DNA from: an uncultured Isosphaeraceae bacterium
Lineage (GTDB): Bacteria > Planctomycetota > Phycisphaerae > Phycisphaerales > SM1A02
DNA length: 64,000 nucleotides
Assembly: GCA_964630505.1 (NCBI GenBank)
Contig: CAZVVI010000004.1
Location: 8,196-72,195, forward strand
Direction of reading: 5' to 3'
Part shown: positions 17,899 to 27,835 of the stretch, piece by piece
How the letters are laid out: each line of letters begins with the position of its first letter
Position numbering within the stretch: position 1 is the first letter of the stretch
The notes under the pieces: model-generated
Database searches by the model: none
Seen by the model: only the letters and a program-made list of their open reading frames with translations
Told to the model about the DNA's origin: nothing
Position numbers and translations under genes: made by a program

Positions 17899-19092
17899 TT
17901 ATGCAAGAGCTTGTTCTAAATCGTTGATGAGGTCAATACAATCCTCGATTCCAACACTGATTCGGATAAGTCCATCATCGATGCCGAGTTCTTCTCTCGT
18001 GGCGGGAGGTACAGAGGCGTGTGTCATGATTGCAGGGTGTTCGATGAGCGATTCAACACCGCCTAGTGATTCAGCAAGAGAAAACAGTTGTAACTTTTCA
18101 AGGAACGAATTTGACTTTGAAAGTCCGCCATTGAGGACACATGTAATCATGCCACCTCCTGCAGGTTCGCCGTCCAACTTCATTTGTTTTTGAGCAATTG
18201 AAAATTGAGGGTGAGAAGGAAGTCCTGGATAGATAACTTGATTAATCTCATCTCGATTTTCTAACCACTGTGCAATGTGCATTGCGCTTTCACAATGACG
18301 TCGCATGCGAAGTGAGAGCGTCTTTATTCCTCTTAGAACAAGATAGGAATCGAAAGGGCTTAAAATTGGTCCTGCAGAGTTATGCACAAACCGAATCCGT
18401 TCTGCTAGTTCCGGATTTCCAGTGACAAGTAGACCAGAAATGACATCACTATGCCCGCCAAGATATTTAGTTGCTGAGTGCATCACAATATCAAACCCTA
18501 ATTCGAGGGGTCGTTGAAGAACTGGAGTCGCGAATGTGTTATCGCATGCAAGCAGAATCCCTCGATTCTGGGCAATTTCAGAAATTGCAGCGAGATCGAC
18601 AAGTTTTAACAACGGGTTAGAAGGTGTTTCAATCCAAATGAGTTTCGTTTTTTCAGTAATAGTTGACTCAAGTAACTCGGTTTTTGTCAAATCGATAAAT
18701 GAAAAATCCAAGCCCGATGAGCGTTTTTTGACTTGATTGAAAAGTCGGTTTGTACCACCATACAAATCATCCATCGCAATGACATGGTCGCCAGAGTCTA
18801 GTAAATCAAGAGTTGTCGACACTGCCGCCATTCCGCTTGAGAAAGCGAATCCACCAAATGAAGCATCTTGGGCTTCAGTAATACAAGAGCCCTCTAAACA
18901 AGCCACGCATCGTTCGAGTGCGTATCTAGTCGGATTGTGGCTTCGTGTATATTCAAATCCTTTGTGTACACCTGGAGATTCTTGAGCATACGTAGATGAA
19001 AGAAATATCGGCGGCATAATCGCGCCAGTGACTTCTTCAAATGATTGCCCTGCATGGACAACTTGTGAGTCTATATGTATTTCGTGATTCAA
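17899..19092 (-). CDS. cystathionine gamma-lyase / gamma-synthase family PLP enzyme
   Basis: 397 aa in the Cys/Met-metabolism PLP family, with the lysine motif SATKYLGGHSD. Its 4-nt overlap with the upstream CBS gene favours a reverse-transsulfuration gamma-lyase. Confidence 0.8.
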   Translation of the reverse strand: MNHEIHIDSQVVHAGQSFEEVTGAIMPPIFLSSTYAQESPGVHKGFEYTRSHNPTRYALERCVACLEGSCITEAQDASFGGFAFSSGMAAVSTTLDLLDSGDHVIAMDDLYGGTNRLFNQVKKRSSGLDFSFIDLTKTELLESTITEKTKLIWIETPSNPLLKLVDLAAISEIAQNRGILLACDNTFATPVLQRPLELGFDIVMHSATKYLGGHSDVISGLLVTGNPELAERIRFVHNSAGPILSPFDSYLVLRGIKTLSLRMRRHCESAMHIAQWLENRDEINQVIYPGLPSHPQFSIAQKQMKLDGEPAGGGMITCVLNGGLSKSNSFLEKLQLFSLAESLGGVESLIEHPAIMTHASVPPATREELGIDDGLIRISVGIEDCIDLINDLEQALA

Positions 19093-20483
19093 CGTGGTAA
19101 TTTCTTTCTTAAATGGTTGATAAGATCAATTTTCGTAATTAGACCAAGATAAGTATTATTGTCAAACACAATCGCGACCTTATCTTCAGCAAACAACGGT
19201 AGCAATTCTTCTATACTTGCATCAGCAGAAAGTGTGGATAACTCTTTTGTCATGAACTTTTGTACAGGGTGATTAAAGTTTTCAGGATCATTCGCGACTG
19301 CAAGAAGAATATCACTCTCATCTAAGATTCCCACTACATCTCCATCCGTATTTAACACAGCCATTTGGCTGATATCGTACAACCGCATGTTTTTGATCGC
19401 TTGGATGACAGGAACTGTTTCAAGGAGGGTTATATCTTCTCTCTCTGAATGTCTTCTTCCAATCAGATCACGAAGATCACCGTGGTGTTCTCTTTCAATA
19501 AACCCTTGATCAAGCATCCAATAATCATTAAACATTTTGTTCAAATATTTAGAACCATGATCACAAGCAAATGTTGCAACTCGTTTGGGCTCGGTTTGTT
19601 CTTTGCACCAGCGGATTGCTGTTGCAACGAGTGTTCCTGTAGATGAGCCTACCAATATGCCCTCTTTGCGAAGTAGGTCTCTTGCGACTTCGAACGTTTC
19701 TTTATCATTAATCCAGTATGCCCTCTCAACAAGATCCAAATCTGTAATTGAAGGAACAAAATCTTCTCCAATTCCTTCAACGAGCCATGAGCCAGCAGGA
19801 ATTTTTTTACCTTCATTGACAAGGGGTGTGAGTACAGAACCCTCTGGATCTGCAAGAATGATTTCGATATCTGGGTTTTGTTCCTTGAGATATCTTCCCA
19901 CACCAGTAACTGTCCCGCCTGAGCCCACACCAATGATGACAGCATCTACATCGCCATTCATCTGTTGCCAGAGTTCTGGGCCAGTTGTTGTGTAGTGTGC
20001 AGCGACGTTTGAGTCATTTGAGAATTGGTTGACAAAAAACCACCCGTTTTCTTTTGCAAGCCTTTCAGCAACATCTTGATAGTATTCGGGGTGTCCTTTC
20101 TCTACATCACTTCGAGCCATAATAACTTGTGCGCCCATTGCTCTTAAGTGTGCGATTTTGCCTTCGCTCATTTTGTCGGGAACAACGACAGTGATGTCAT
20201 ACCCTTTTTGAGAGCAAATTAAGGCAAGAGCGATGCCTGTATTCCCAGCAGTTGCTTCAATAATTCTCACGCCCTTGCCTATTTTCCCTTCTTGCTCTGC
20301 TTTTTCAATCATTTTGATTGCGATGCGATCTTTAATCGATTGTCCGGGATTTTGAGACTCTAATTTTAGATATAAGTCACACAGACCAGTATCAATGGAA
20401 TGCATTTTTAACATTGGTGTTCTGCCCACTAAATCAAGAACAGAGTCCACAACGGAAAGGGTAGATTGTGAGAGTTCTGGCAT
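19089..20483 (-). CDS. cystathionine beta-synthase (PALP domain plus CBS-pair)
   Basis: 464 aa. Cysteine-synthase-like fold with the PLP lysine in SIKDRIA and the GNTG loop, followed by a C-terminal tandem CBS domain region. Confidence 0.85.
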   Translation of the reverse strand: MPELSQSTLSVVDSVLDLVGRTPMLKMHSIDTGLCDLYLKLESQNPGQSIKDRIAIKMIEKAEQEGKIGKGVRIIEATAGNTGIALALICSQKGYDITVVVPDKMSEGKIAHLRAMGAQVIMARSDVEKGHPEYYQDVAERLAKENGWFFVNQFSNDSNVAAHYTTTGPELWQQMNGDVDAVIIGVGSGGTVTGVGRYLKEQNPDIEIILADPEGSVLTPLVNEGKKIPAGSWLVEGIGEDFVPSITDLDLVERAYWINDKETFEVARDLLRKEGILVGSSTGTLVATAIRWCKEQTEPKRVATFACDHGSKYLNKMFNDYWMLDQGFIEREHHGDLRDLIGRRHSEREDITLLETVPVIQAIKNMRLYDISQMAVLNTDGDVVGILDESDILLAVANDPENFNHPVQKFMTKELSTLSADASIEELLPLFAEDKVAIVFDNNTYLGLITKIDLINHLRKKLPR

Positions 20484-20544
20484 GTGTGCAGTGTACAGTT
20501 TTTAGAACAATGGCAAGCAGTGATGAGATGAGATTAGAGGGGGA

Positions 20545-20583
20545 TAAAAAAACAGAGGGTCACGCTTGTCGCATGACCCTCTG
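20545..20583 (-). terminator. rho-independent terminator of the DUF1559-like gene
   Basis: Minus strand reads CAGAGGGUCA-(11 nt)-UGACCCUCUG followed by UUUUUUUAU, starting about 20 nt after the stop codon at 20605. Confidence 0.8.
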
Positions 20584-20604
20584 TAAGGAAAAAACGAAAT
20601 GAAA

Positions 20605-21840
20605 TCATTTCGCGAGTTTGTCTCGACCTTTCGAGCCAAATTTTGTGTGTGTGTGACCGGACCAAGCGGTGTTGCTAATCTCATTCATGTCAGCGTAGTA
20701 GCCTTCATGACTGCCATTGTCAAAACCGTACGAAGCCATTCTTGCACTTGGGAGCCAGAGACCTTCATTGTCACCATTTGGATTGTCTTGTTTGGAGAGA
20801 ACACTGTCGATGATGTAATCATTCACAGAGTAAGTTCCAACAGTCCCGTCAGCAAAGACTGTGACTGGTTCTGAGTCTGGGTGTGCGTTGTAGAGACTTG
20901 GAGCACAACCATCGTACGCACCATCGCCACTTGTAAACCAATCGCCTAATAGTCGACTACATTCATTACCTTGGACATTTTGAAGCCAGTGGTGTTCCAT
21001 GAGCCAAGTTTTATGTGCTGGGTATCTGGTTTGATCAATTGAAGGTGGTTTAAAACCACGTGGAATATTCATAGGATCAGTTGGGAATTGACCTGCAAAA
21101 ATGTTCCATTGGTACACAGCAGGGTGGTACATCATTGGAGGAGAGATGGTGAAACTTGATGGTATTGCAAGCATGTTTGATTTCACAATAGCAGTTCCAG
21201 AACCAATTGCGTTTTGCATTTCGGTTGTAAGACAATAAGCACCTTGGATGCCTTCACAATCTTCAATTGCTCGTAGCGGCACTTCGTCTTTTGGTGAGAA
21301 GTACGCATCATGTAAAGTTTTTCCTTCCATGTATTCCGCAACTTGAAGCGCGTTTGGATATCGCCAAACGCCGTAACCAGCTTTGCCTTGCGAACTTGTT
21401 GTGAGCCCAGATTGGAAACAGTATGGTGCTGTGCCACCAGTTTCATTTCCATAATATGTGTCGATACCAATGAAGTAGATGTATCCATTTGCATCATTAC
21501 CATACTCACCTAATCGAACACCCATTGGGTATCCTTCATAAGCAGATAAATCTTGAATTGCTTGTCTGATTTCAGCACCAGTTCGACCACCGTCTGCGAC
21601 TGGTCCACCACCAGATAGATTGTCTGGAGCAACTGAGAAGTTGCGGTCATTGTGATCAGATGCATATGTTTGTAATGCCACCATCACTTGATGAATATTT
21701 GATTTTGATTGCGTGACTTTTGCTGAGTCGCGGGCTTTTTGGACAGCCGGTACCAAGATACCAACGAGGAGCGCGATAATCGAAATGACTACGAGCAACT
21801 CGACAATCGTAAAGCCTGATGAATGTTGTTTGAGTTTCAT
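20605..21840 (-). CDS. prepilin-leader DUF1559-like protein (Planctomycete H-X9-DG family type)
   Basis: I trimmed the start to the Met at 21840 (MKLKQHSSG|FTIVELLVVISIIALLVGILVPAVQKARDSA), preceded by AAGGA. The N-terminal methylation motif and the following helix are characteristic of this large Planctomycete family. Confidence 0.78.
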   Translation of the reverse strand: MKLKQHSSGFTIVELLVVISIIALLVGILVPAVQKARDSAKVTQSKSNIHQVMVALQTYASDHNDRNFSVAPDNLSGGGPVADGGRTGAEIRQAIQDLSAYEGYPMGVRLGEYGNDANGYIYFIGIDTYYGNETGGTAPYCFQSGLTTSSQGKAGYGVWRYPNALQVAEYMEGKTLHDAYFSPKDEVPLRAIEDCEGIQGAYCLTTEMQNAIGSGTAIVKSNMLAIPSSFTISPPMMYHPAVYQWNIFAGQFPTDPMNIPRGFKPPSIDQTRYPAHKTWLMEHHWLQNVQGNECSRLLGDWFTSGDGAYDGCAPSLYNAHPDSEPVTVFADGTVGTYSVNDYIIDSVLSKQDNPNGDNEGLWLPSARMASYGFDNGSHEGYYADMNEISNTAWSGHTHTKFGSKGRDKLAK

Positions 21841-22123
21841 GTGCGTTTTTCCTTTTAAATGGGTTATGAAATATATACGCCAAGCATTGGACCGCAGGTT
21901 CAATAAAATACCGCTGATCCGTCAATAAATGTTATGGTAGTTCATGGGCAACTACCATGAGAATCACAGGCCGATAGACATGAGGTCGAGACCTGCGGTG
22001 TACTACGTGCGAAATCGCCCGTTCGACCTATGTGTATCATTGATGAAAAGGATTCGGTTGCCAAGGGGAAAATTCTCAAAAAAGTGGAGTTTTTTCGGTT
22101 TCTCGTCAAAAAAAGGGAAAAAT

Positions 22124-22175
22124 ACGGCTCCGAGCAAAAGTTACGGCTCTGAGCCGAAAATTATGACTCTGAGCC
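22124..22175. repeat. three 19-20-bp-spaced copies of the palindromic motif GGCTCNGAGC(C) at the ruvB 3' end
   Basis: acggctccgagc (22124-35), acggctctgagcc (22143-55) and atgactctgagcc (22163-75). The last lies in the final ruvB codons. On the minus strand the first two are followed by U-rich runs, so they probably include the ruvB terminator. Confidence 0.55.
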
Positions 22176-23186
22176 TTGATGAAGGTGATTTAGACCGTCA
22201 TTTGTAATTTTTCTTCCCTGCCGAGTGCGTGCTAAAAGACCTGCTTGGAGCAAGTATGGCTCCACAACATCTTGGAGAGTTCCAGCATCTTCACCCATTG
22301 TTGCTGCAATTGCTTCGACTCCAACTGGTCCTCCCTCATAGATGCCAGCAAGCGTCTGAAGGTATGTTCTATCTAGTGGGTCTAACCCCGCCTGATCGAT
22401 TCCCTCAAGTTGCAATGCTTCATCAACCACTCCTTCATCCATTCGACCACCGCACCGAACTTGCGAATAATCTCGTACCCGACGTAACAACCGAAGTGCA
22501 ATTCGCGGTGTCCCTCGGCTTCGTGATGCGATTCGATGTAGTGAAGAATTGTCTATTGTTTCCATCTCTAATTTCAATGTGGCTTGCTCGAGAATTGCGG
22601 TGAGTTCATCACATTCATAAAAACGAATGTTATGCACAATTCCAAACCGGCTTCGTAATGCTGCTGTGAGTAATCCTGCGCGAGTGGTTGCACCTATCAA
22701 GGTGAAGGGTTGAAGAGCGTAGGTGACAACTCGAGCGTGCATTCCAGAGTCGAGTGTAAAATCAATTTTGTAATCCTCCATTGCTGGATAGATGTACTCT
22801 TCGACAGCCGCTGGTAGCCGATGGATTTCATCGATGAATAGAACGTCATTTGGTTCCATTCTTGTAAGTGTTCCGACAAGATCACTTCCCTTAGTTAAGG
22901 CGGGTCCAGAAGTAACCCATGCTCTTGTACCAAGTTCATTTGCAATAACATGGGCGAGCGTAGTTTTACCTAGTCCAGGTGGGCCATACAGCAACACATG
23001 TTCCATAGAATCGTGACGTTCTTTTGCAGCATCAAGTGCAACAGAGAGCCGTTCTCGTAGTTCAGTTTGCCCTAAATACTGGTCTAGAGTTGTTGGTCTT
23101 AAGGAGGGGCGTACTTCAACATCATTCTGAGAAGTTTCTTGGTCAGCGTGTTGTTCGCTTGGTGAGATTATTCTTTCTCGGGTCAT
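22161..23186 (-). CDS. ruvB: Holliday junction branch migration helicase RuvB
   Basis: AAA+ protein with Walker A GPPGLGKTTLA and RuvB-specific blocks (LRP..L..YIGQ-like, IGATTR, RGTPRIA). I chose the Met at 23186 to avoid overlapping the upstream gene; the track start at 23240 is the alternative. Confidence 0.93.
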   Translation of the reverse strand: MTRERIISPSEQHADQETSQNDVEVRPSLRPTTLDQYLGQTELRERLSVALDAAKERHDSMEHVLLYGPPGLGKTTLAHVIANELGTRAWVTSGPALTKGSDLVGTLTRMEPNDVLFIDEIHRLPAAVEEYIYPAMEDYKIDFTLDSGMHARVVTYALQPFTLIGATTRAGLLTAALRSRFGIVHNIRFYECDELTAILEQATLKLEMETIDNSSLHRIASRSRGTPRIALRLLRRVRDYSQVRCGGRMDEGVVDEALQLEGIDQAGLDPLDRTYLQTLAGIYEGGPVGVEAIAATMGEDAGTLQDVVEPYLLQAGLLARTRQGRKITNDGLNHLHQGSES

Positions 23187-23226
23187 ATTTTCTAGCGTAG
23201 CAGGTGTACCACCAAAATGGGGAGTC

Positions 23227-24468
23227 CTAGCACCTCTCAATTGCCTCTTTGAGTTGTAGCCATCGGTTTTCGATTGACCCTGTCAAGCCAATTGAAAATC
23301 GAACGAGTCCTGGAGAGATCCCAGCTTCCAATTGTGCTTCTTGATCCATTTCACTTGACGTAGAGGATCCTGAACACGACATCAACGTTTCAAAATACCC
23401 AAGACTCACAGCGATATACCCAAAACGATATTCATTTTGTAGTAAATCCATTAGCGCATGCGCTCGCTCTGAAGTGTTCATATCTAGAGTAAATATCCCA
23501 CCATATCCATACTCTCGATTTGCATGTTTTGTAAACAAAGCATAATCGGGGTGGTTTTCAAGACCAGGGTATGACACGAGTTGATCTAGTTCGCGTAATT
23601 GTTCAGAGATATACAACGCACGTGCTGAATGTTCTTTCATTCTCGCAGCAAGGTGTGGGAGGCGGAGAGACAATCTAAAGGCAACGATGGGATCCATCGT
23701 AGGTCCAAGAAGCATGAGCGATCCTGTGTGCAAGTCCATTAACTCATTTAGAAAAGAATCACTGCAACAAATGACACCAGCAATGACATCTGATGCACCG
23801 CTTATGAATTTAGTTGCACTATGAACAACAACGTCAGCACCCTGTTGAACGGGGCTGAAAATCATCGGAGTAAATGTATTGTCAACAACTAAAATAGCAT
23901 CATTCTTATGTGCGATTTCAGCAAGTGCCCCAATGTCAGCAGTGCGCAATGTCGGGTTCGACAACGATTCCGTAAACAGAATTTTCGCCCCAGATTTCAT
24001 CGCGAGTTCAACTGCTTTTAGATCTTGAATATCTACAAATGTCGTTTGAATACCACAATTTTTTGGTAAGTATTCATCAAACAATGCCCAAGTTCCTCCA
24101 TAGAGCGTGTTTGAAGAAACCACCTTGCCATTCCCTCCACCACACTGTTGCATGACAACTGCAGCAATTGCAGATAAACCACTTGCTGTCCCATACCCTT
24201 GCTCTGCCCCCTCCATTGCAGCAATCATTCTTCCTAATACGAAGACAGTGGGATTGAAATGTCTCCCGTATAAATAACATCCACCTTCATCTGGTCCTCG
24301 CTGACCTTCAAATATTTCAGGCATGAGTTCAGGTGTCATCACGGTAAACGTGGTGCTTGCTTCGATGGACATGTTTACTCCACCGTGCTCACCAAATTCA
24401 TGTCTAGCATTAGCCATCGCTTGATGTGGATCAAATGAATTACGAGTCAAGGTCTTGTGCTCCTGCAT
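23227..24468 (-). CDS. methionine gamma-lyase-like Cys/Met-metabolism PLP enzyme
   Basis: 413 aa with the lysine motif SATKFISGASD. The N-terminal block RHEFGEHGGVNMSIEASTTFTVM and C-terminal YFETLMSCSGSSTSSE resemble, from my memory, plant-type methionine gamma-lyases. Needs a BLAST check. The alternative start at 24417 removes the overlap with rnd. Confidence 0.7.
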   Translation of the reverse strand: MQEHKTLTRNSFDPHQAMANARHEFGEHGGVNMSIEASTTFTVMTPELMPEIFEGQRGPDEGGCYLYGRHFNPTVFVLGRMIAAMEGAEQGYGTASGLSAIAAVVMQQCGGGNGKVVSSNTLYGGTWALFDEYLPKNCGIQTTFVDIQDLKAVELAMKSGAKILFTESLSNPTLRTADIGALAEIAHKNDAILVVDNTFTPMIFSPVQQGADVVVHSATKFISGASDVIAGVICCSDSFLNELMDLHTGSLMLLGPTMDPIVAFRLSLRLPHLAARMKEHSARALYISEQLRELDQLVSYPGLENHPDYALFTKHANREYGYGGIFTLDMNTSERAHALMDLLQNEYRFGYIAVSLGYFETLMSCSGSSTSSEMDQEAQLEAGISPGLVRFSIGLTGSIENRWLQLKEAIERC

Positions 24469-25738
24469 GAAATTGTTCGTTGTACGTAAATTTTAATGCC
24501 TGCGTGCCTTTAATCATGCTCGAGAAGTTTGAGGAGATTTCTCCTCGCCATCCCTTGGACAGTGGGGATTGTTTCACTTCTTGTCCGGTTCTAATCCCAA
24601 GATACCAATCTGTAAATATTGGACGACTTGTCACCAGCCCTGTAGAGAGATTGTTCCCAATGCACCACGCGTTAAATAAGGACCAAACTCCATCCAACTC
24701 TTGGCGAATGGATGCATCTTTTTCAGCAGGGTTTGGTCTTCGAATTGAAATAGGTTCAACCGAGGATGATCCCGCAATTGCTTGTAGAATTTGTTTTCCG
24801 TACCGTGTTGCCATTTTTTTTGGAAAACCCTTCATTGAAATGAGTTGTTGAACTGTCTCTACTGGTTTTTTCCCAAGCGCCAAGAGACATTCGTTTGGAA
24901 TAATCGAACGAGTTGGAAGATCGCGCTCAACAGCAATTTCTTCTCGCAATTTTGCAAGAACTTGAATTCTTTGTAGCTCTTTATTTCGTGGGTTTTTGTT
25001 TTTGCAAATTCGTTTGACCACTGTTTGCAAATCAAATTCGTACGCGTCCATCGATGTGTATTTTGAAAACTCTTCTTCAGCCCATGCTGTCCTTCCAAGA
25101 TCCTCAAGACGTGTTTTAAAATGTTCATAGATTGCGAACAAATATCGAACATCATCTGCGGCATATGTCCGTTGCCGGTTTGTTAGAGGTCGTTCGTCCC
25201 ATTGAGAAAAGGTGAAATGACCACCAACATGGTGCTCTAGAACTGCTTCGATACTCTTTGTGAGTGACAAGGGCCAAGGGAAACCGATAAGGCCTGCAGC
25301 GAGTTGAGTGTCGAAAATTGATTGGGGTGGCTTACCAAGTGCTTGAGCAACTGGCTGTAAATCCTGAGAGCCCGAGTGTAGGAGAATGGTGATAGCAGGA
25401 TCAGTAATCAACTCGTAAAGAGGTGTGAGATCTTTAATTTTGAACGGATCAATAAGCGTAACACCTTGTATCGTAGAGACTTGAATTAAACAAATATGGG
25501 GGAAATAGGAATCTTCACCGATGAATTCAGTGTCAAAGGCAAATATTCCATTTTGTTTCAACGAATCGCATAAGGCTAAAAAGTCTGCTTCATTTTCAAT
25601 CCATTCAGCATCTTCAGTTGGAACAAGGGGATTTCCTTGCAATACAGGAGTAATTTTGGCTTGTGCGTGTGATTTGGTGTGACTCTGTTGCCTGTGCTTC
25701 CGGCGATGTGATGAACTCTTTTTCATCGGTTTTCTCAT
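24440..25738 (-). CDS. rnd: ribonuclease D (DEDD 3'-5' exonuclease plus HRDC)
   Basis: Exo motifs FAFDTEF and YAADDVRYL, followed by an HRDC-like region. It has a very basic N-terminal tail (KKSSSHRRKHRQQSHTKSH). I trimmed the start from 25894 to 25738 (or 25726) because the longer ORF would run through the groEL terminator hairpin. Confidence 0.8.
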   Translation of the reverse strand: MRKPMKKSSSHRRKHRQQSHTKSHAQAKITPVLQGNPLVPTEDAEWIENEADFLALCDSLKQNGIFAFDTEFIGEDSYFPHICLIQVSTIQGVTLIDPFKIKDLTPLYELITDPAITILLHSGSQDLQPVAQALGKPPQSIFDTQLAAGLIGFPWPLSLTKSIEAVLEHHVGGHFTFSQWDERPLTNRQRTYAADDVRYLFAIYEHFKTRLEDLGRTAWAEEEFSKYTSMDAYEFDLQTVVKRICKNKNPRNKELQRIQVLAKLREEIAVERDLPTRSIIPNECLLALGKKPVETVQQLISMKGFPKKMATRYGKQILQAIAGSSSVEPISIRRPNPAEKDASIRQELDGVWSLFNAWCIGNNLSTGLVTSRPIFTDWYLGIRTGQEVKQSPLSKGWRGEISSNFSSMIKGTQALKFTYNEQFHAGAQDLDS

Positions 25739-25850
25739 TCTAACAGAGGAGAGATGAAACCGTCGGTTTGTTTTAACGAATCTACTCGCAAGAGAAGGTG
25801 CTAACTTGTTTTCGGAGGGGAAAAACGAAGTTAGTAACAGACAGGAAGTG

Positions 25851-25886
25851 TTGTGAGCAATCACAACACTTCCTGTTTTTCTACTT
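25851..25886 (-). terminator. hairpin terminator downstream of groEL
   Basis: Perfect 16-bp stem ACAGGAAGUGUUGUGA-GCAA-UCACAACACUUCCUGU, 50 nt after the groEL stop. The U-run is clear on the plus strand and weaker on the minus strand, so its terminator efficiency for groEL is uncertain. Confidence 0.6.
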
Positions 25887-25935
25887 TTACGCAACTACGA
25901 AATCACGTAATGACGATTTTTCATATCAGTTGGGT

Positions 25936-27564
25936 TTAATATCCCATGTCGTCCATGCCTGCTTGAACGGCTGCTTTCTTTTCTTTAATGTCTGTAATCG
26001 CACAATCAGTTGTCAAAAGTAGACCGCTAATACTAGCTGCGTTTTGAAGGGCGACTCGTTCTACCTTTGTTGGAACGATGACACCAGCCAAGATGAGATC
26101 TTCAAACTGCCCTGTAAGACCGTTGAAACCAAAATTGTCATCAGTTGCATCTTCAACTTTTTGGCAGACAATCGAGCCATCTAGCCCACAGTTTTCTGCA
26201 ATTTGTCTAATTGGAGCAGTGACAGCGCGATTTAAAATATCAATACCAAGTTTTTCATCACCTTTTGCTTTCTTTCGAGCACCTTCCAGTGCTCGCCTTG
26301 CTCTGATGACGGATACGCCGCCACCTGGGAGGATTCCTTCCTCGACTGCAGCCCTGCAAGCGTGAAGTGCATCTTCAACACGTGCCTTTTTCTCTTTCAT
26401 TTCAACTTCAGTTGCAGCACCGACATTGATTTGAGCAACTCCACCAGCGAGTTTCGCGAGACGTTCTTGTAATTTTTCTGCGTCATAGTCTGATGAAGTG
26501 TTTTCGATTTGTGCTCGAATTTGATCAATTCGACCTTTGATATCTGAGGAACTTCCTGCTCCTTCGATAATCGTTGTGTTATCTTTATCAACAGTAATTT
26601 TCTTGGCTCTACCGAGTTGTGTTATTTCTAGGGTTTCAAGGTTCATGCCAAGTTCTTCCATGACAGGTTCGCCACCAGTCAGAATAGCGATGTCTTGTAA
26701 CATCGCTTTACGACGATCGCCAAACCCAGGTGCTTTCACTGCACAGACCTTGATTGTTCCTCGAAGTTTGTTTACGACAAGAGTGGCAAGTGCTTCGCCA
26801 TCTACGTCTTCTGCAACGATCAGTAATGCTTTTCCACTTTCAGCAACTTTGCCGAGTATTGGAAGTAAATCTTTGGCGTTGCTTATCTTCTTTTCGTGAA
26901 TGAGAACGTAACAATCTTCAAGATTGGTAATCATTCCTGTCGTGTCAGTGACAAAGTGTGGGCTGAGATATCCTTTATCGAATTGCATTCCTTCGACAAG
27001 TTCCACATCTGTGTCTAGCGATTGACCTTCTTCGACTGTAATAACCCCGTCTTTGCCAACTTTATCCATTGCTTTGGCAATGATGTTTCCTATTTCAGAA
27101 TCTTGATTTGCAGCGCACGTGCCAACCTGAGCGATTTCGCTGGAATCTTGAACTTCATTGGACATTGATTGAAGTTCAGAAATGATCGTTGAGACGCCCA
27201 AATCAATACCACGCCGTACCTGATTCGCATGTGCACCAGCTGTGATATTTTTCAATCCTTCTGAAAAGATGGCTTCAGCATAAATTGTTGCGGTTGTTGT
27301 TCCATCACCCGCATCTTTGGAGCATTTGGAAGCAACTTCCTTCACCATTTGTGCGCCCATATTTTCCCACGCATCTTCAAGTTCAATTTCTTTTGCCACA
27401 GTCACGCCATCTTTGGTTACGGTTGGAGCGCCGAATGATTTTTCAAGTACGACGACTCGCCCTGAAGGCCCGAGTGTTGTCTTGACTGCTTTCGCAAGTT
27501 TTTGAATGCCATGTAGCATTTTCTCGCGAGCTTCAATATCAAATGCAATTTGTTTTGCGGTCAT
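25936..27564 (-). CDS. groL: chaperonin GroEL
   Basis: 542 aa. [17 protein letters not shown]..., [10 protein letters not shown] and GGG..VI are unmistakably Cpn60. Confidence 0.97.
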   Translation of the reverse strand: MTAKQIAFDIEAREKMLHGIQKLAKAVKTTLGPSGRVVVLEKSFGAPTVTKDGVTVAKEIELEDAWENMGAQMVKEVASKCSKDAGDGTTTATIYAEAIFSEGLKNITAGAHANQVRRGIDLGVSTIISELQSMSNEVQDSSEIAQVGTCAANQDSEIGNIIAKAMDKVGKDGVITVEEGQSLDTDVELVEGMQFDKGYLSPHFVTDTTGMITNLEDCYVLIHEKKISNAKDLLPILGKVAESGKALLIVAEDVDGEALATLVVNKLRGTIKVCAVKAPGFGDRRKAMLQDIAILTGGEPVMEELGMNLETLEITQLGRAKKITVDKDNTTIIEGAGSSSDIKGRIDQIRAQIENTSSDYDAEKLQERLAKLAGGVAQINVGAATEVEMKEKKARVEDALHACRAAVEEGILPGGGVSVIRARRALEGARKKAKGDEKLGIDILNRAVTAPIRQIAENCGLDGSIVCQKVEDATDDNFGFNGLTGQFEDLILAGVIVPTKVERVALQNAASISGLLLTTDCAITDIKEKKAAVQAGMDDMGY

Positions 27565-27585
27565 AATGTTCTTCTTCCTTTGTAG

Positions 27586-27810
27586 TTAAATATCAGATCT
27601 TGCTTGCCATGCAGCAGAAACATGTGAACTATCAATCCAGATGTTGTTCGATTGAGTTTGAACCAGAATCCCTTGAGTGCTGGTTAACTTTTCTGCATGT
27701 ATAACTTGTCGAATTTCAATTGGGGAATCTTCACCCCATAAGACAATGGATAATTCCTTATCTGTGCCAATCATATCGGTTAAAACTTCTAGTAGTGGTC
27801 CACGTTCCAT
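27586..27810 (-). CDS. small hypothetical protein (74 aa) inserted between groES and groEL
   Basis: ORF MERGPLLEVLTDMIGTDKELSIVLWGED... with AAGGA about 9 nt upstream. It starts 25 nt after the groES stop and ends 21 nt before the groEL ATG, filling the otherwise unusually long 271-nt spacer. No family recognised. Confidence 0.45.
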   Translation of the reverse strand: MERGPLLEVLTDMIGTDKELSIVLWGEDSPIEIRQVIHAEKLTSTQGILVQTQSNNIWIDSSHVSAAWQARSDI

Positions 27811-27835
27811 GTCTACATGTCCTTGTTTGTTTGAG

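Noticed and set aside
21891-21999. Possible structured RNA in the DUF1559-gene upstream region: ACCGCAGGU (21891-99) pairing with ACCUGCGGU (21991-99) around the hairpin AUGGUAGUU-CAUGGGC-AACUACCAU (21934-58).
   Set aside because: By a rough estimate, single 9-bp complementarities within a 320-nt region are not far from chance expectation. Without covariation evidence I do not count it as a feature.
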